From positions 1 to 28,773 of IMG/VR virus record IMGVR_UViG_3300030708_001195: a DNA stretch of 28,773 nt, one strand, 5' to 3'. The stretch comes from a virus. Lineage: Duplodnaviria > Caudoviricetes. Of the stretch, positions 8,763-16,737 are shown one piece after another. Below the pieces are notes generated by a model. That model saw only the letters and a list, made by a program, of their open reading frames with translations. It was not told the DNA's origin and searched no databases. The position numbers and the translations under genes are program-made. Each line of letters starts with the position of its first letter. Positions within the stretch are counted from its first letter, which is position 1.

Positions 8763-8978
8763 ATGAATGAGTATTACCCTCCATACTTTCGTAATCGCCT
8801 TAGCCCAAAAATGAACATGGCTAACTTAAATCACCCTTCGTTTCCGGGGCATTGTGATGTATGTGGTGATACCAAAACAATGAGAATCTATACCCTTCCC
8901 AGTTTGGTTGTGTGCCATGCTTGTCTAATTGATGATGATAATGAGTTTCCTGATTTTGATACAGGGGTGAATGAATGA
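8763..8978 (+). CDS. Small zinc-finger protein
   Basis: Likely start is ATG 8763 after GGTGA. It has CDVC...CHAC pairs and an acidic tail, and an ATGA overlap with the next gene. Confidence 0.6.
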   Translation: MNEYYPPYFRNRLSPKMNMANLNHPSFPGHCDVCGDTKTMRIYTLPSLVVCHACLIDDDNEFPDFDTGVNE

Positions 8979-9163
8979 GTAGAATAGAAGATGAAGTATG
9001 CAAGAAGATTCAGGCGAGGTCTGATGTTGGGAAGACAAAGTATGGTGTGACCATGGAGACAGCACCGCTGTCTCGGCTTGAATGGCTTATCCATGCACAA
9101 GAAGAAGCGATGGACCTTGCAGTGTATTTACAGAAATTGATTGAAATGGAGGAAGGACAATGA
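8975..9163 (+). CDS. Small all-alpha MazG-like/NTP-pyrophosphatase-like phage protein
   Basis: RSDVGKTKYGVT...WLIHAQEEAMDLAVYL contains the EExxD metal-binding helix pattern of all-alpha NTP-PPase-like viral proteins. Confidence 0.55.
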   Translation: MSRIEDEVCKKIQARSDVGKTKYGVTMETAPLSRLEWLIHAQEEAMDLAVYLQKLIEMEEGQ

Positions 9164-9288
9164 GTATGGCAGATGATATTCGGAAGTATATCGCTGGTAT
9201 CAGGAGAGGTCAAGGCCCTCATATTTCCCGTCGTGCTGTTGCAGAATCGTTGGAGAACATCTTGCGTAAGGCAGGTGAAGTGCCATGA
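9160..9288 (+). CDS. 42-aa hypothetical microprotein (not in the ORF track)
   Basis: MSMADDIRKYIAGIRRGQGPHISRRAVAESLENILRKAGEVP has ATGA overlaps at both ends, a GGAGG RBS, and exactly fills the gap. Confidence 0.6.
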   Translation: MSMADDIRKYIAGIRRGQGPHISRRAVAESLENILRKAGEVP

Positions 9289-10277
9289 GATGGAATCCTA
9301 ATCCTGACGGTGGAAACATCGACCGTGGTGACGCAGAGTATCCTTACAAAGAGATGCTTGAGCACCACAAGAAGAGCACTTACGCTTGGCAACCCGGTGA
9401 TACAGACAAAGTCCTTCGTGTGACTAAATCAGCACTTGGAACCTTTGACTGGTGCCCTCAGCAATACTTCTTACAGAAGGTGCTTAAGTTACCACAAGGC
9501 CCTGCGACAGAGGACCAGATTCGTGGTTCTAATGTCCATGATGCAGTAGAGTATTGGTGGAACGCGATGCACGATGTAGTGCATGATGTATACGAGTTGT
9601 TTGAGAGCGGTGATGTAGAGAAAGCACTGTCTTTGTGCATAGACACTTTACCGCAGCCACCTGAACCATACATCTACGGAGAAGTAGAACAACTTCACTT
9701 GTATGTGCTATGGCAGTTCCAACGACTTTGTAACACAGACAAGGACGACATACACAACTGGTTCCCAATCGGTAACGAAGCATTGGTTCATGGTGTCCGC
9801 ACTGTCACTGCTTCTGATGGAACAGAAGTAGAGATTCACATGAACGGTTTCATTGACCGTATCTTTCTTGACGACGACAAGATGGGGATTGTATTGATGG
9901 AATTGAAGACAGGTAAGTTCTCTAAGAACAAGCCATCACAGATGCGAGCCGAGATGCAATTCTACCGAATGCTTCTTGAGCATAGCCCCCATGAAGAGTT
10001 CCTACCCGTAGTGGCTTGGGGATGGCAATTCCCCGGTGGTGATAGAAATGGAGGAACAGGACCAGAATGGGATTACGAAAGTGTCAGTGGACCCGGAGGA
10101 CGTTACGCACCGCGCACAGTGGAGAAGCGTCTCAAGCGGTTGGTGGATGCTCACTTGGCCCAAGATTTCCCACCAATTAAGGTTGACAACTGGAACGATT
10201 GGAAGTGCTCATACTGCGACTACATGGAGTTCTGCCCAGCATGGGGAGGAGAGGTGAAGATAGATGAAGAAGAATGA
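9285..10277 (+). CDS. Stand-alone Cas4-like / RecB-family PD-(D/E)XK exonuclease with Fe-S cysteines
   Basis: N-terminal WCPQQY, GSNVH, GFIDRI, ELKTGK, MQFY and C-terminal CSYCDYMEFC give the 1+3 cysteine arrangement of Cas4/AddB nucleases. Confidence 0.85.
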   Translation: MRWNPNPDGGNIDRGDAEYPYKEMLEHHKKSTYAWQPGDTDKVLRVTKSALGTFDWCPQQYFLQKVLKLPQGPATEDQIRGSNVHDAVEYWWNAMHDVVHDVYELFESGDVEKALSLCIDTLPQPPEPYIYGEVEQLHLYVLWQFQRLCNTDKDDIHNWFPIGNEALVHGVRTVTASDGTEVEIHMNGFIDRIFLDDDKMGIVLMELKTGKFSKNKPSQMRAEMQFYRMLLEHSPHEEFLPVVAWGWQFPGGDRNGGTGPEWDYESVSGPGGRYAPRTVEKRLKRLVDAHLAQDFPPIKVDNWNDWKCSYCDYMEFCPAWGGEVKIDEEE

Positions 10278-10545
10278 CATTCATTATGCAAAGGCACTTA
10301 TTAAAGCGGCACTGGAAGAAATGTTTCCTGATGCCTCGTTTGAGGTCGCAGTGTCTCTTATCGAAGGGGACTCACACGTGCGCTCATTCAAACAAACTAC
10401 TCTTGGTGACTTTGCTAAGATTGGATTAGAGCCGACCGAAGAACCCAGCAGACATTTCTTCGTAACACTACATCCTCAATCACTTCTTTCATACAAAGCA
10501 AAGGGGCTTTTGAAATCGTTAAAGGATGACATAAACAAGTATTGA
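10264..10545 (+). CDS. Hypothetical protein with a PIP-box-like motif (KQTTLGDF)
   Basis: GGTGA RBS, overlap with the upstream gene, and QTTLGDFA at 10393-10416. Confidence 0.6.
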   Translation: MKKNDIHYAKALIKAALEEMFPDASFEVAVSLIEGDSHVRSFKQTTLGDFAKIGLEPTEEPSRHFFVTLHPQSLLSYKAKGLLKSLKDDINKY

Positions 10546-10554
10546 GGTGAGGAG

Positions 10555-11655
10555 ATGTTCATTGAACTTGATTTTCCTCGCGAGATTCTTGAGATGGGTT
10601 CGCAGACAGGACGGGCAGGTAGATTCCTTGTTCGTGATTGGGATGAGTTAGAGCGCTATTGGAAAGGTAAGAACGGAAGTGGTAATGCTTACTTCACTGC
10701 GTATGGGTATCGTGCCACCAAAGCACCTCGTAACCATCGTGTGGATTACGACACACCGATTATTCGACACTTCATCATGGACTTTGATTGTAAGGATTTC
10801 AAGAAGAGGGGACAGGATGTTGACTTCTCTTACATGCATGAGCAAGTAAAGCGACTTCATGAGTATCTACTAAGCGAAGATTATCGTCACTTCATATGGT
10901 TCAGTGGCGGTGGGTTTCACATTTGGATTCCGCTCTCAGAGACATTCATTCCATCCTCAACAACCGACATACGACGCATCAAAGATGCTGGAAGGAAGTT
11001 ACTCGCTGAGTGGGATAGTAAATTGAATCTCGGTTGTAGTGACCCTGCTGTAGCATTTGATACGAGTGGTATGATACGTTTACCTAACTCATACAACAGT
11101 AGACGTGGATGTTGGAGTGTCCCGTTGAACACAGAGGAGATACTTGGTTTCAGTCATGATGACTTGATGGAGTTAGCCCAAGATGCTCGTAGAGGATACA
11201 TAGCACATGGTAATACACCAATCACCATCACACTCGCTAAGCGTAAGAACAACTTCAAGCGAACAGTAGAGAAGGTAGAAAATCTACCTGATGTCACACT
11301 GGATGATATCATCGTTCTCCCTTGTCTCGCACAATCAGCGTTAGGAGAGGGTAATCCTATCCATAAAGCACGATTCCACTTAGTCGCATATCTCGCTGCT
11401 CGTTTTCGTTGGTTCTACCCACCTGAGTCAGTTAATGCTAATGAGAAACAGAAACACGTAGACCGTATCTGTGGTATCATAAGTGCACAAGGCTGGGCCG
11501 ATTATAACCCCTCAGTTACTCGACAGCAGGTAGAGAGTATTGTATTCGGTAGTGGTGGTAACAAAGGATACTCTGCGTCTTCATGTGCCACAATACGACA
11601 TGATGGTCTTTGTGTGGGTGATTGTAGATATTATGATAACTCGGAGGACGAGTGA
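10555..11655 (+). CDS. priS: Archaeo-eukaryotic primase, catalytic domain fused to a PriL-like Fe-S domain
   Basis: AEP motifs DFD, FSGGGFH and RLPNS. The C-terminal LPCL...HKARFHLVAYL...YSASSCATIRHDGLCVGDC is typical of the PriL C-terminal domain. Confidence 0.85.
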   Translation: MFIELDFPREILEMGSQTGRAGRFLVRDWDELERYWKGKNGSGNAYFTAYGYRATKAPRNHRVDYDTPIIRHFIMDFDCKDFKKRGQDVDFSYMHEQVKRLHEYLLSEDYRHFIWFSGGGFHIWIPLSETFIPSSTTDIRRIKDAGRKLLAEWDSKLNLGCSDPAVAFDTSGMIRLPNSYNSRRGCWSVPLNTEEILGFSHDDLMELAQDARRGYIAHGNTPITITLAKRKNNFKRTVEKVENLPDVTLDDIIVLPCLAQSALGEGNPIHKARFHLVAYLAARFRWFYPPESVNANEKQKHVDRICGIISAQGWADYNPSVTRQQVESIVFGSGGNKGYSASSCATIRHDGLCVGDCRYYDNSEDE

Positions 11656-12069
11656 ATGGCAGGTAAAAGAAAAGGGAGAAAAACACACTTGGTAAAACAA
11701 ATTAGGGAAGTGATATACGACCTTGGGAAACCTGTTACACTACAAGAAATATTAGACAATTGCAATCACATAAAACAAAAACCAACTAAACAACGACTCT
11801 CTAATATCTTGCGTAAGAAAGAGTTTGTAGTTACATCTCACTACAAATCAAGCACTGCTGTTAAAGTTTGTAGAGTTGATAATAGTCGTTATGACTGTAA
11901 TTTATATTGGGTGACTGACACAGAGAATATTGCATCAATACCAAAATGTCTAGTTTGTGGTATCAATATTAAAACGACACGTATGCAATCACAAAAATGT
12001 TCAGATTGTTATAAACTTACAAAAAAGGGGGAAAGAAGGAATGGTGACCAGAAAGGGACGGAGGAGTAA
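11656..12069 (+). CDS. Winged-helix-like DNA-binding protein with a C-terminal zinc finger
   Basis: Basic N-terminus, KPVTLQEILD...PTKQRLSNILRKKEF, and C-terminal CLVC...CSDC. The DNA is AT-rich. Confidence 0.55.
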   Translation: MAGKRKGRKTHLVKQIREVIYDLGKPVTLQEILDNCNHIKQKPTKQRLSNILRKKEFVVTSHYKSSTAVKVCRVDNSRYDCNLYWVTDTENIASIPKCLVCGINIKTTRMQSQKCSDCYKLTKKGERRNGDQKGTEE

Positions 12070-12301
12070 ATTGATTGGTTGTATTGCAAAAATCATACGC
12101 GATGCAGGTGAACCACTTTCAGCGCAGGAAATTATGAATCGCGCAAGTCATCTTTACATTTGTCCTACAATGAATCAACTGGCTATGATGTTAAGAAGAC
12201 ATCCAGAGTTTGTTACAATAGGAACAATAAGAAACAATGAGAGTAGACAGTTGGTTAAACTCTATTGGTTGAGTGAAAAGGAGGAGGAGAGAGGTGCCTA
12301 A
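12041..12301 (+). CDS. Winged-helix-like DNA-binding protein, paralog of the upstream gene
   Basis: Likely start is ATG 12041 (MVTRKGRR). EPLSAQEIMN...PTMNQLAMMLRRHPEF...KLYWL aligns by eye with the upstream protein. Confidence 0.55.
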   Translation: MVTRKGRRSKLIGCIAKIIRDAGEPLSAQEIMNRASHLYICPTMNQLAMMLRRHPEFVTIGTIRNNESRQLVKLYWLSEKEEERGA

Positions 12302-12995
12302 ACATGACCTTATTATTGACAGCAACGAAAGGGGGAGCCTTTGCGAATCCATTGAAAGAAAAGCCAAGAAAGCGGGACTCTCAGTGGCACGAAAGACACT
12401 GGTCGTCGGTGACTACTTACTTGGTGCAGCGTGTGTTGAAGCCAAGAGTATTGGCGACTTATTTCAGTCAAGTCACAGTGGGCACCTTTGGCGTCAACTC
12501 GACAACATGGATGCCAACTACGAACGCTTCTTCTTGCTTGTCCACGGGAGCATAGCCAAGCACGTAGCGATGGCTAAGAACAATGGTAAGCGCTTAACGC
12601 ATACACGTGTGCAGAACGAACTTACTGGGACAATCGCACGTATCATGGCTGACTTCGATTGTCAGGTGTTCTATACACCTAACGTCAGTGAGGCAGCGCT
12701 CTTTGTCACTAAGTTACACGACAAGTTACACAAGCCAGCGAGTAGTCATGGTGCGCGAGCCATACGACGTGTATCCACGAATGATGTGCGTAAGGATGTA
12801 TTACTCGCAGTGCCGGGTCTTGGGCCTGACCTTGTAGACCGCCTATTGGACAAGTGTGGTTCTATTGAGGAGATGATGTTTCCTGAGTCACTAAAGCAAG
12901 TGAAAGGTCTTGGTGAGCAACGTAGAGCCATGTTGACCCGTGTTCTTACTAGCGAAGACCCAGTTCATATAGAACGTTCAGTTCGTAAAGTATAA
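12294..12995 (+). CDS. ERCC4-domain (XPF/Mus81/Hef-type) structure-specific nuclease with HhH motifs
   Basis: Likely start is GTG 12294 after GGAGG-rich sequence. IIDSNE, VGDY and VEAKSIGDL (ERKxxxD variant) are present, plus HhH motifs VPGLGP and VKGLGE. Confidence 0.88.
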   Translation: MPKHDLIIDSNERGSLCESIERKAKKAGLSVARKTLVVGDYLLGAACVEAKSIGDLFQSSHSGHLWRQLDNMDANYERFFLLVHGSIAKHVAMAKNNGKRLTHTRVQNELTGTIARIMADFDCQVFYTPNVSEAALFVTKLHDKLHKPASSHGARAIRRVSTNDVRKDVLLAVPGLGPDLVDRLLDKCGSIEEMMFPESLKQVKGLGEQRRAMLTRVLTSEDPVHIERSVRKV

Positions 12996-13033
12996 GAACA
13001 ATACATACTACAGAGTTAACAGAGGTCACTGAA

Positions 13034-14464
13034 GTGACCGAGGATTTGATTGAAATGAGAAAGGCAACAGAATATAGAGTAGTAGACAGATACCCGTTCT
13101 TCAAGGGGTATGTGGAAGAGTTTGGAAAGGTAAGTATTGACAATGACATCCCAGCGATGCTGTCGTTCTTCTTTATCCAAGGACAGGTGGCGGCGCCCTT
13201 TGTGCGTATACCATGGGATGCAACTCATCTTGACCCTCGTGTCCATTCGTTTTGGATACAACCATCAAGGACTGGAAAGTCAATCGCATGGGAGTTTGTA
13301 GGTAAAGTGCTTGAGGACTGTGGTGTTCCTACTGACTCCTACAATGGTGGCTCTGATGCTGGATTGATTGGTGGCACAAAGACCGAGGTAGTCGTAGACC
13401 CTGACACTGGGAAAAAGAATAGTGAGATTGTAGAAACAGAAGGACTACTACACCATAGGATTGCGCTTAACTTTGATGAAGGGTCGATACTCCTTAACCC
13501 TAACAAGAACAGTCAAGATACAGTCCTCCATCTTCAAACTGCTTGCAATCCAATAGGGAGTAAAAGCAACATAATCGTAAAGCATCTAAGTGGACGGCGA
13601 TTTGAACTTGAACCCTCCGCATCCATGTGGATTACAACATATCCACCTGCTGGTGTAAAGGAGTATGTGTTGACGAAAGGTATCTTCCAACGTGTTCTAT
13701 TGTATTGGTCACACTGGGATATGGAGAGACGTAAGGGTGTTAGCCAAACACGTATGAGTATGGCTTTTGCAAAAAGTCCTGAAAGCACAGTGTCTTATGA
13801 CGACATTGTGGATTACTTCAAGACATTAGAGAAGCGCCTACGTGACCGCCTTCTTAATCTCACTGAGACAACTTTCACTGAGTGGGACGAAATGAACTCT
13901 ACCGATAAAGAGGAACTGGTGCAATCAGTTATGCGTGAGATGTTTACAGCGGACGAATCATTCTACGCTGCTACATACGATGTGATTGATGATTTCTACA
14001 GCCTTCTTGATGGCCTAAGTTTTGCAATCTCTGATGTAGTTTCATCCTTCATACCAGCGATGGAGAACTACTCTGTTATCCTCGCTACACACATCGCTAT
14101 GATGGACGATAAGTGGGTAGTAACTGGAGAGCATCTCGATATGGCGAAAGACGTTCTATATGACTTGTTCAAGAATCTCATCTCTTGGCTTGAGGGTGAA
14201 GTTGAAGTGGGCGCTAAGAAGGTCGAAAAGGCCACGCACAAGAAGGACTGGTTGGAGGCATACAATGCAATCAACCCAGTCGAACTCGACAAGCGTGGTG
14301 ACGGTTGGAGAAAGAAGGCTGCTGTTATCAAACAGTATATGCTCAATCAACATGTGACACGGCCCACTGCATTCAAGAAGTTCAATGACTGGGCAGCACA
14401 TATGTTCAGTGCAGCAAAGGACGGCACAGTGGTATACATCCGACTGAAAGAGGGAGAACAATGA
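13034..14464 (+). CDS. Divergent MCM-like AAA+ ATPase, putative replicative helicase
   Basis: Walker A QPSRTGKS, SDAGLIG (compare MCM S.AGLT), Walker B NFDEG and Arg-finger-like GIFQRV. The start is GTG 13034 or ATG 13055. Confidence 0.6.
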   Translation: MTEDLIEMRKATEYRVVDRYPFFKGYVEEFGKVSIDNDIPAMLSFFFIQGQVAAPFVRIPWDATHLDPRVHSFWIQPSRTGKSIAWEFVGKVLEDCGVPTDSYNGGSDAGLIGGTKTEVVVDPDTGKKNSEIVETEGLLHHRIALNFDEGSILLNPNKNSQDTVLHLQTACNPIGSKSNIIVKHLSGRRFELEPSASMWITTYPPAGVKEYVLTKGIFQRVLLYWSHWDMERRKGVSQTRMSMAFAKSPESTVSYDDIVDYFKTLEKRLRDRLLNLTETTFTEWDEMNSTDKEELVQSVMREMFTADESFYAATYDVIDDFYSLLDGLSFAISDVVSSFIPAMENYSVILATHIAMMDDKWVVTGEHLDMAKDVLYDLFKNLISWLEGEVEVGAKKVEKATHKKDWLEAYNAINPVELDKRGDGWRKKAAVIKQYMLNQHVTRPTAFKKFNDWAAHMFSAAKDGTVVYIRLKEGEQ

Positions 14465-14547
14465 TTTGCATTAGATGTGAGGGACAATTCAAAGGTGTAT
14501 GGGGCGACTCATATTGTAAAAGATGTTGGGAGATGATGAAGAGATGA
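14461..14547 (+). CDS. 28-aa CxxC-CxxC zinc-finger microprotein (not in the ORF track)
   Basis: MICIRCEGQFKGVWGDSYCKRCWEMMKR has ATGA overlaps on both sides and a GGAG RBS. Confidence 0.6.
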   Translation: MICIRCEGQFKGVWGDSYCKRCWEMMKR

Positions 14548-14642
14548 GTAACCCACCGCAGGGTATCTATGAATACATAACACAAAGAGGCTTCATACCT
14601 TACATTTGGGATTGGTGGGATATATTGGAGGGAGAGCAATGA
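14544..14642 (+). CDS. 32-aa aromatic-rich microprotein (not in the ORF track)
   Basis: MSNPPQGIYEYITQRGFIPYIWDWWDILEGEQ has ATGA overlaps at 14544-14547 and 14639-14642. Confidence 0.55.
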   Translation: MSNPPQGIYEYITQRGFIPYIWDWWDILEGEQ

Positions 14643-15250
14643 CAGACATAATGGCATTGGACATTGAAACAGGTAACTACTCATGGGAGATTGGTGGTTG
14701 GGACAAGCACGCTTTGTTTGAACCGACTGTAGTCGCTACATGGGATGGCTCAAACGGCCACGTGTTTAGCAAAGAAGACGTTGATATGGCGGCAGCAAAG
14801 GTTCATGAGTTGCACCCGCGCACGTTAGGCGACCATCTACAGAAGCATGTGGATAATGGTGGTATCATTCTCGGTCACAACATCAAGAAGTTCGACTTAC
14901 CAGTTCTTAATGCGGCATTAGATTGTTGGACAGCAGGTGACTTAATGTCGAAAGCGGACAGCATTGTGGATACCAATTTGTTAGTTAACAAAGCCTCCAC
15001 TGCTTATGGTAACGTAGCGACGAGCCTACAGGTTCTCGCGAGCGCCACATTAGATGTGGGAAAGAGTATGTCTAGTGAACTAGCACCCGAAGCATGGCGT
15101 GCTGGTAAGTTCCTTGAGGTCGCTGAGTATTGCTTGAAAGATGCACAACTCACCTACGACTTGTATCAATACGGGAGGGAGAATGGTATCATTAAGAGTC
15201 GCTCCCTTGAAGACGGTTCCATCATTGAGATGGAGGTTGATTGGATATGA
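14639..15250 (+). CDS. DEDD/DnaQ-like (RNase H fold) 3'-5' exonuclease
   Basis: Likely start is ATG 14639. ExoI ALDIETG, ExoII GHNIKKFDL and ExoIII EYCLKDA are present. Confidence 0.85.
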   Translation: MTDIMALDIETGNYSWEIGGWDKHALFEPTVVATWDGSNGHVFSKEDVDMAAAKVHELHPRTLGDHLQKHVDNGGIILGHNIKKFDLPVLNAALDCWTAGDLMSKADSIVDTNLLVNKASTAYGNVATSLQVLASATLDVGKSMSSELAPEAWRAGKFLEVAEYCLKDAQLTYDLYQYGRENGIIKSRSLEDGSIIEMEVDWI

Positions 15251-16737
15251 GTGATAACAAGAATAATGATGCACAACGCATGAACATAGAGGCAGTAAAG
15301 CGAATCGTCGGCACAGTAAAGACGACGCTTGGTCCGATGGGCATGGACAAGATGATGGTTGATGGTGGCGGAAACGTCATTGTTACAAACGATGGAGCGA
15401 CAATCTTACGTGAACTAGATAGTGCACACCCTGCTGCAAAGATGATTGTTGAAGTATCCAAGATGCAGGAGGCAAACTGCTACGATGGGACGACCAGTAG
15501 TGTAGTCCTTGCGGGTCAGTTACTCGCGAACGCAGAGTCATTGTTCGACAAGGGCCTACACGCGAACGTCATTAACAAGGGTTACATTTACGCTATGAAT
15601 ATGGCATTAGACATTCTAAAGGGACTTGACTCTGCTGACTATGACCTTACTGACCTTGCTCGCACTGCGATTACAGGTAAGTCGTTAGAGGCATCTGAGG
15701 AGAAGGTAGCGAAACTATGCGTGGATACGATTGAAGCAGCAGGTGACGCATCTGATGTGAAGATTCTCGCTGCACCCGGTGGTTCTCTCAATGATTCGTA
15801 TCTGTTCAACGGAGTCGTAGTCAACAAGGATTTCGTCACAGCAGATGGTAAGTGGGATGGTAGCGATATACCTATTCTGCTCATCAACGGTGGCTTGGAG
15901 CCACAGAAGCAGGACGGGAATGTGCAAGTGCAAGTTGATGCAGCGAATTACAGTTCTATCAAGAATGCTGACCGTGAACAGATGCTTGCTTCTGCAAAGC
16001 AGATTGAAGACATTGGTGCTAAAGTAGTATTCGTGCGTGACGGTGTGCATGACACCATCGTGCAATACCTACGCAAGCGTGACATCTTCGTGTGTCGTCG
16101 TGTGCCACCAAGCACCATGAAGCGATTGAACAATGAGACAGGCGCAGTCATTTACCAAACTCCTGAGGATGGTATGGCAACAGTTGTAACACACGTATCT
16201 CGCAAGCGACTAAACGACGTTGACTATCTGTTTGTAACAGGTAGCAAAACGGAGGCTACTTTGATTCTCTTTGGTGCGACACAGTCCACACTGGATGAGG
16301 TGCAACGTGGATTTGATGATGCTCTTGGTGTCGTCTCACTCGTTGCTAACGGCGATGAGGTCTGTGTTGGCGGCGGGGCTACATATCTTTCTCTTGCGGT
16401 GTTTATGCGCTCTCGTGCCGCCGAAGTAGGTGGTCGTGCACAGATGGCTATTGAAGCGTTCTGTGATGCACTGGAGGCTATTCCCGGCACTATCGCTGAG
16501 AATGCTGGTCACGATGCGTTAGATACTATTCTTGCCATGCGTAACAAGGTCATCGAAGGAGAGACATGTTACGGTCCTGACACCGATAATGGTGGTATCT
16601 GTGATATGACTGAGTTATCTATCTTTGAACCAATGTCCCTTATCCGTAGTGCTATCACAAGCGCTACTGAGGTTGCTACAGCCATCCTACGCATTGATGA
16701 TGTAATTGGGAGACGTGGTGATGGGCCGTCTGCTTGA
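15247..16737 (+). CDS. ths: Group II chaperonin (thermosome-like subunit)
   Basis: TLGPMGMDKM, VTNDGATIL, HPAAKMIVEVS, DGTTS, GGGA and ILRIDDVI are present. Start ATG 15247 overlaps the upstream stop. Confidence 0.95.
   Translation: MSDNKNNDAQRMNIEAVKRIVGTVKTTLGPMGMDKMMVDGGGNVIVTNDGATILRELDSAHPAAKMIVEVSKMQEANCYDGTTSSVVLAGQLLANAESLFDKGLHANVINKGYIYAMNMALDILKGLDSADYDLTDLARTAITGKSLEASEEKVAKLCVDTIEAAGDASDVKILAAPGGSLNDSYLFNGVVVNKDFVTADGKWDGSDIPILLINGGLEPQKQDGNVQVQVDAANYSSIKNADREQMLASAKQIEDIGAKVVFVRDGVHDTIVQYLRKRDIFVCRRVPPSTMKRLNNETGAVIYQTPEDGMATVVTHVSRKRLNDVDYLFVTGSKTEATLILFGATQSTLDEVQRGFDDALGVVSLVANGDEVCVGGGATYLSLAVFMRSRAAEVGGRAQMAIEAFCDALEAIPGTIAENAGHDALDTILAMRNKVIEGETCYGPDTDNGGICDMTELSIFEPMSLIRSAITSATEVATAILRIDDVIGRRGDGPSA

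Noticed and set aside
242-16490. Numerous minus-strand and alternative-frame ORFs of 60-185 aa within the replication arm
   Set aside because: They overlap well-supported + strand genes, lack RBS and coupling, and show no motifs.
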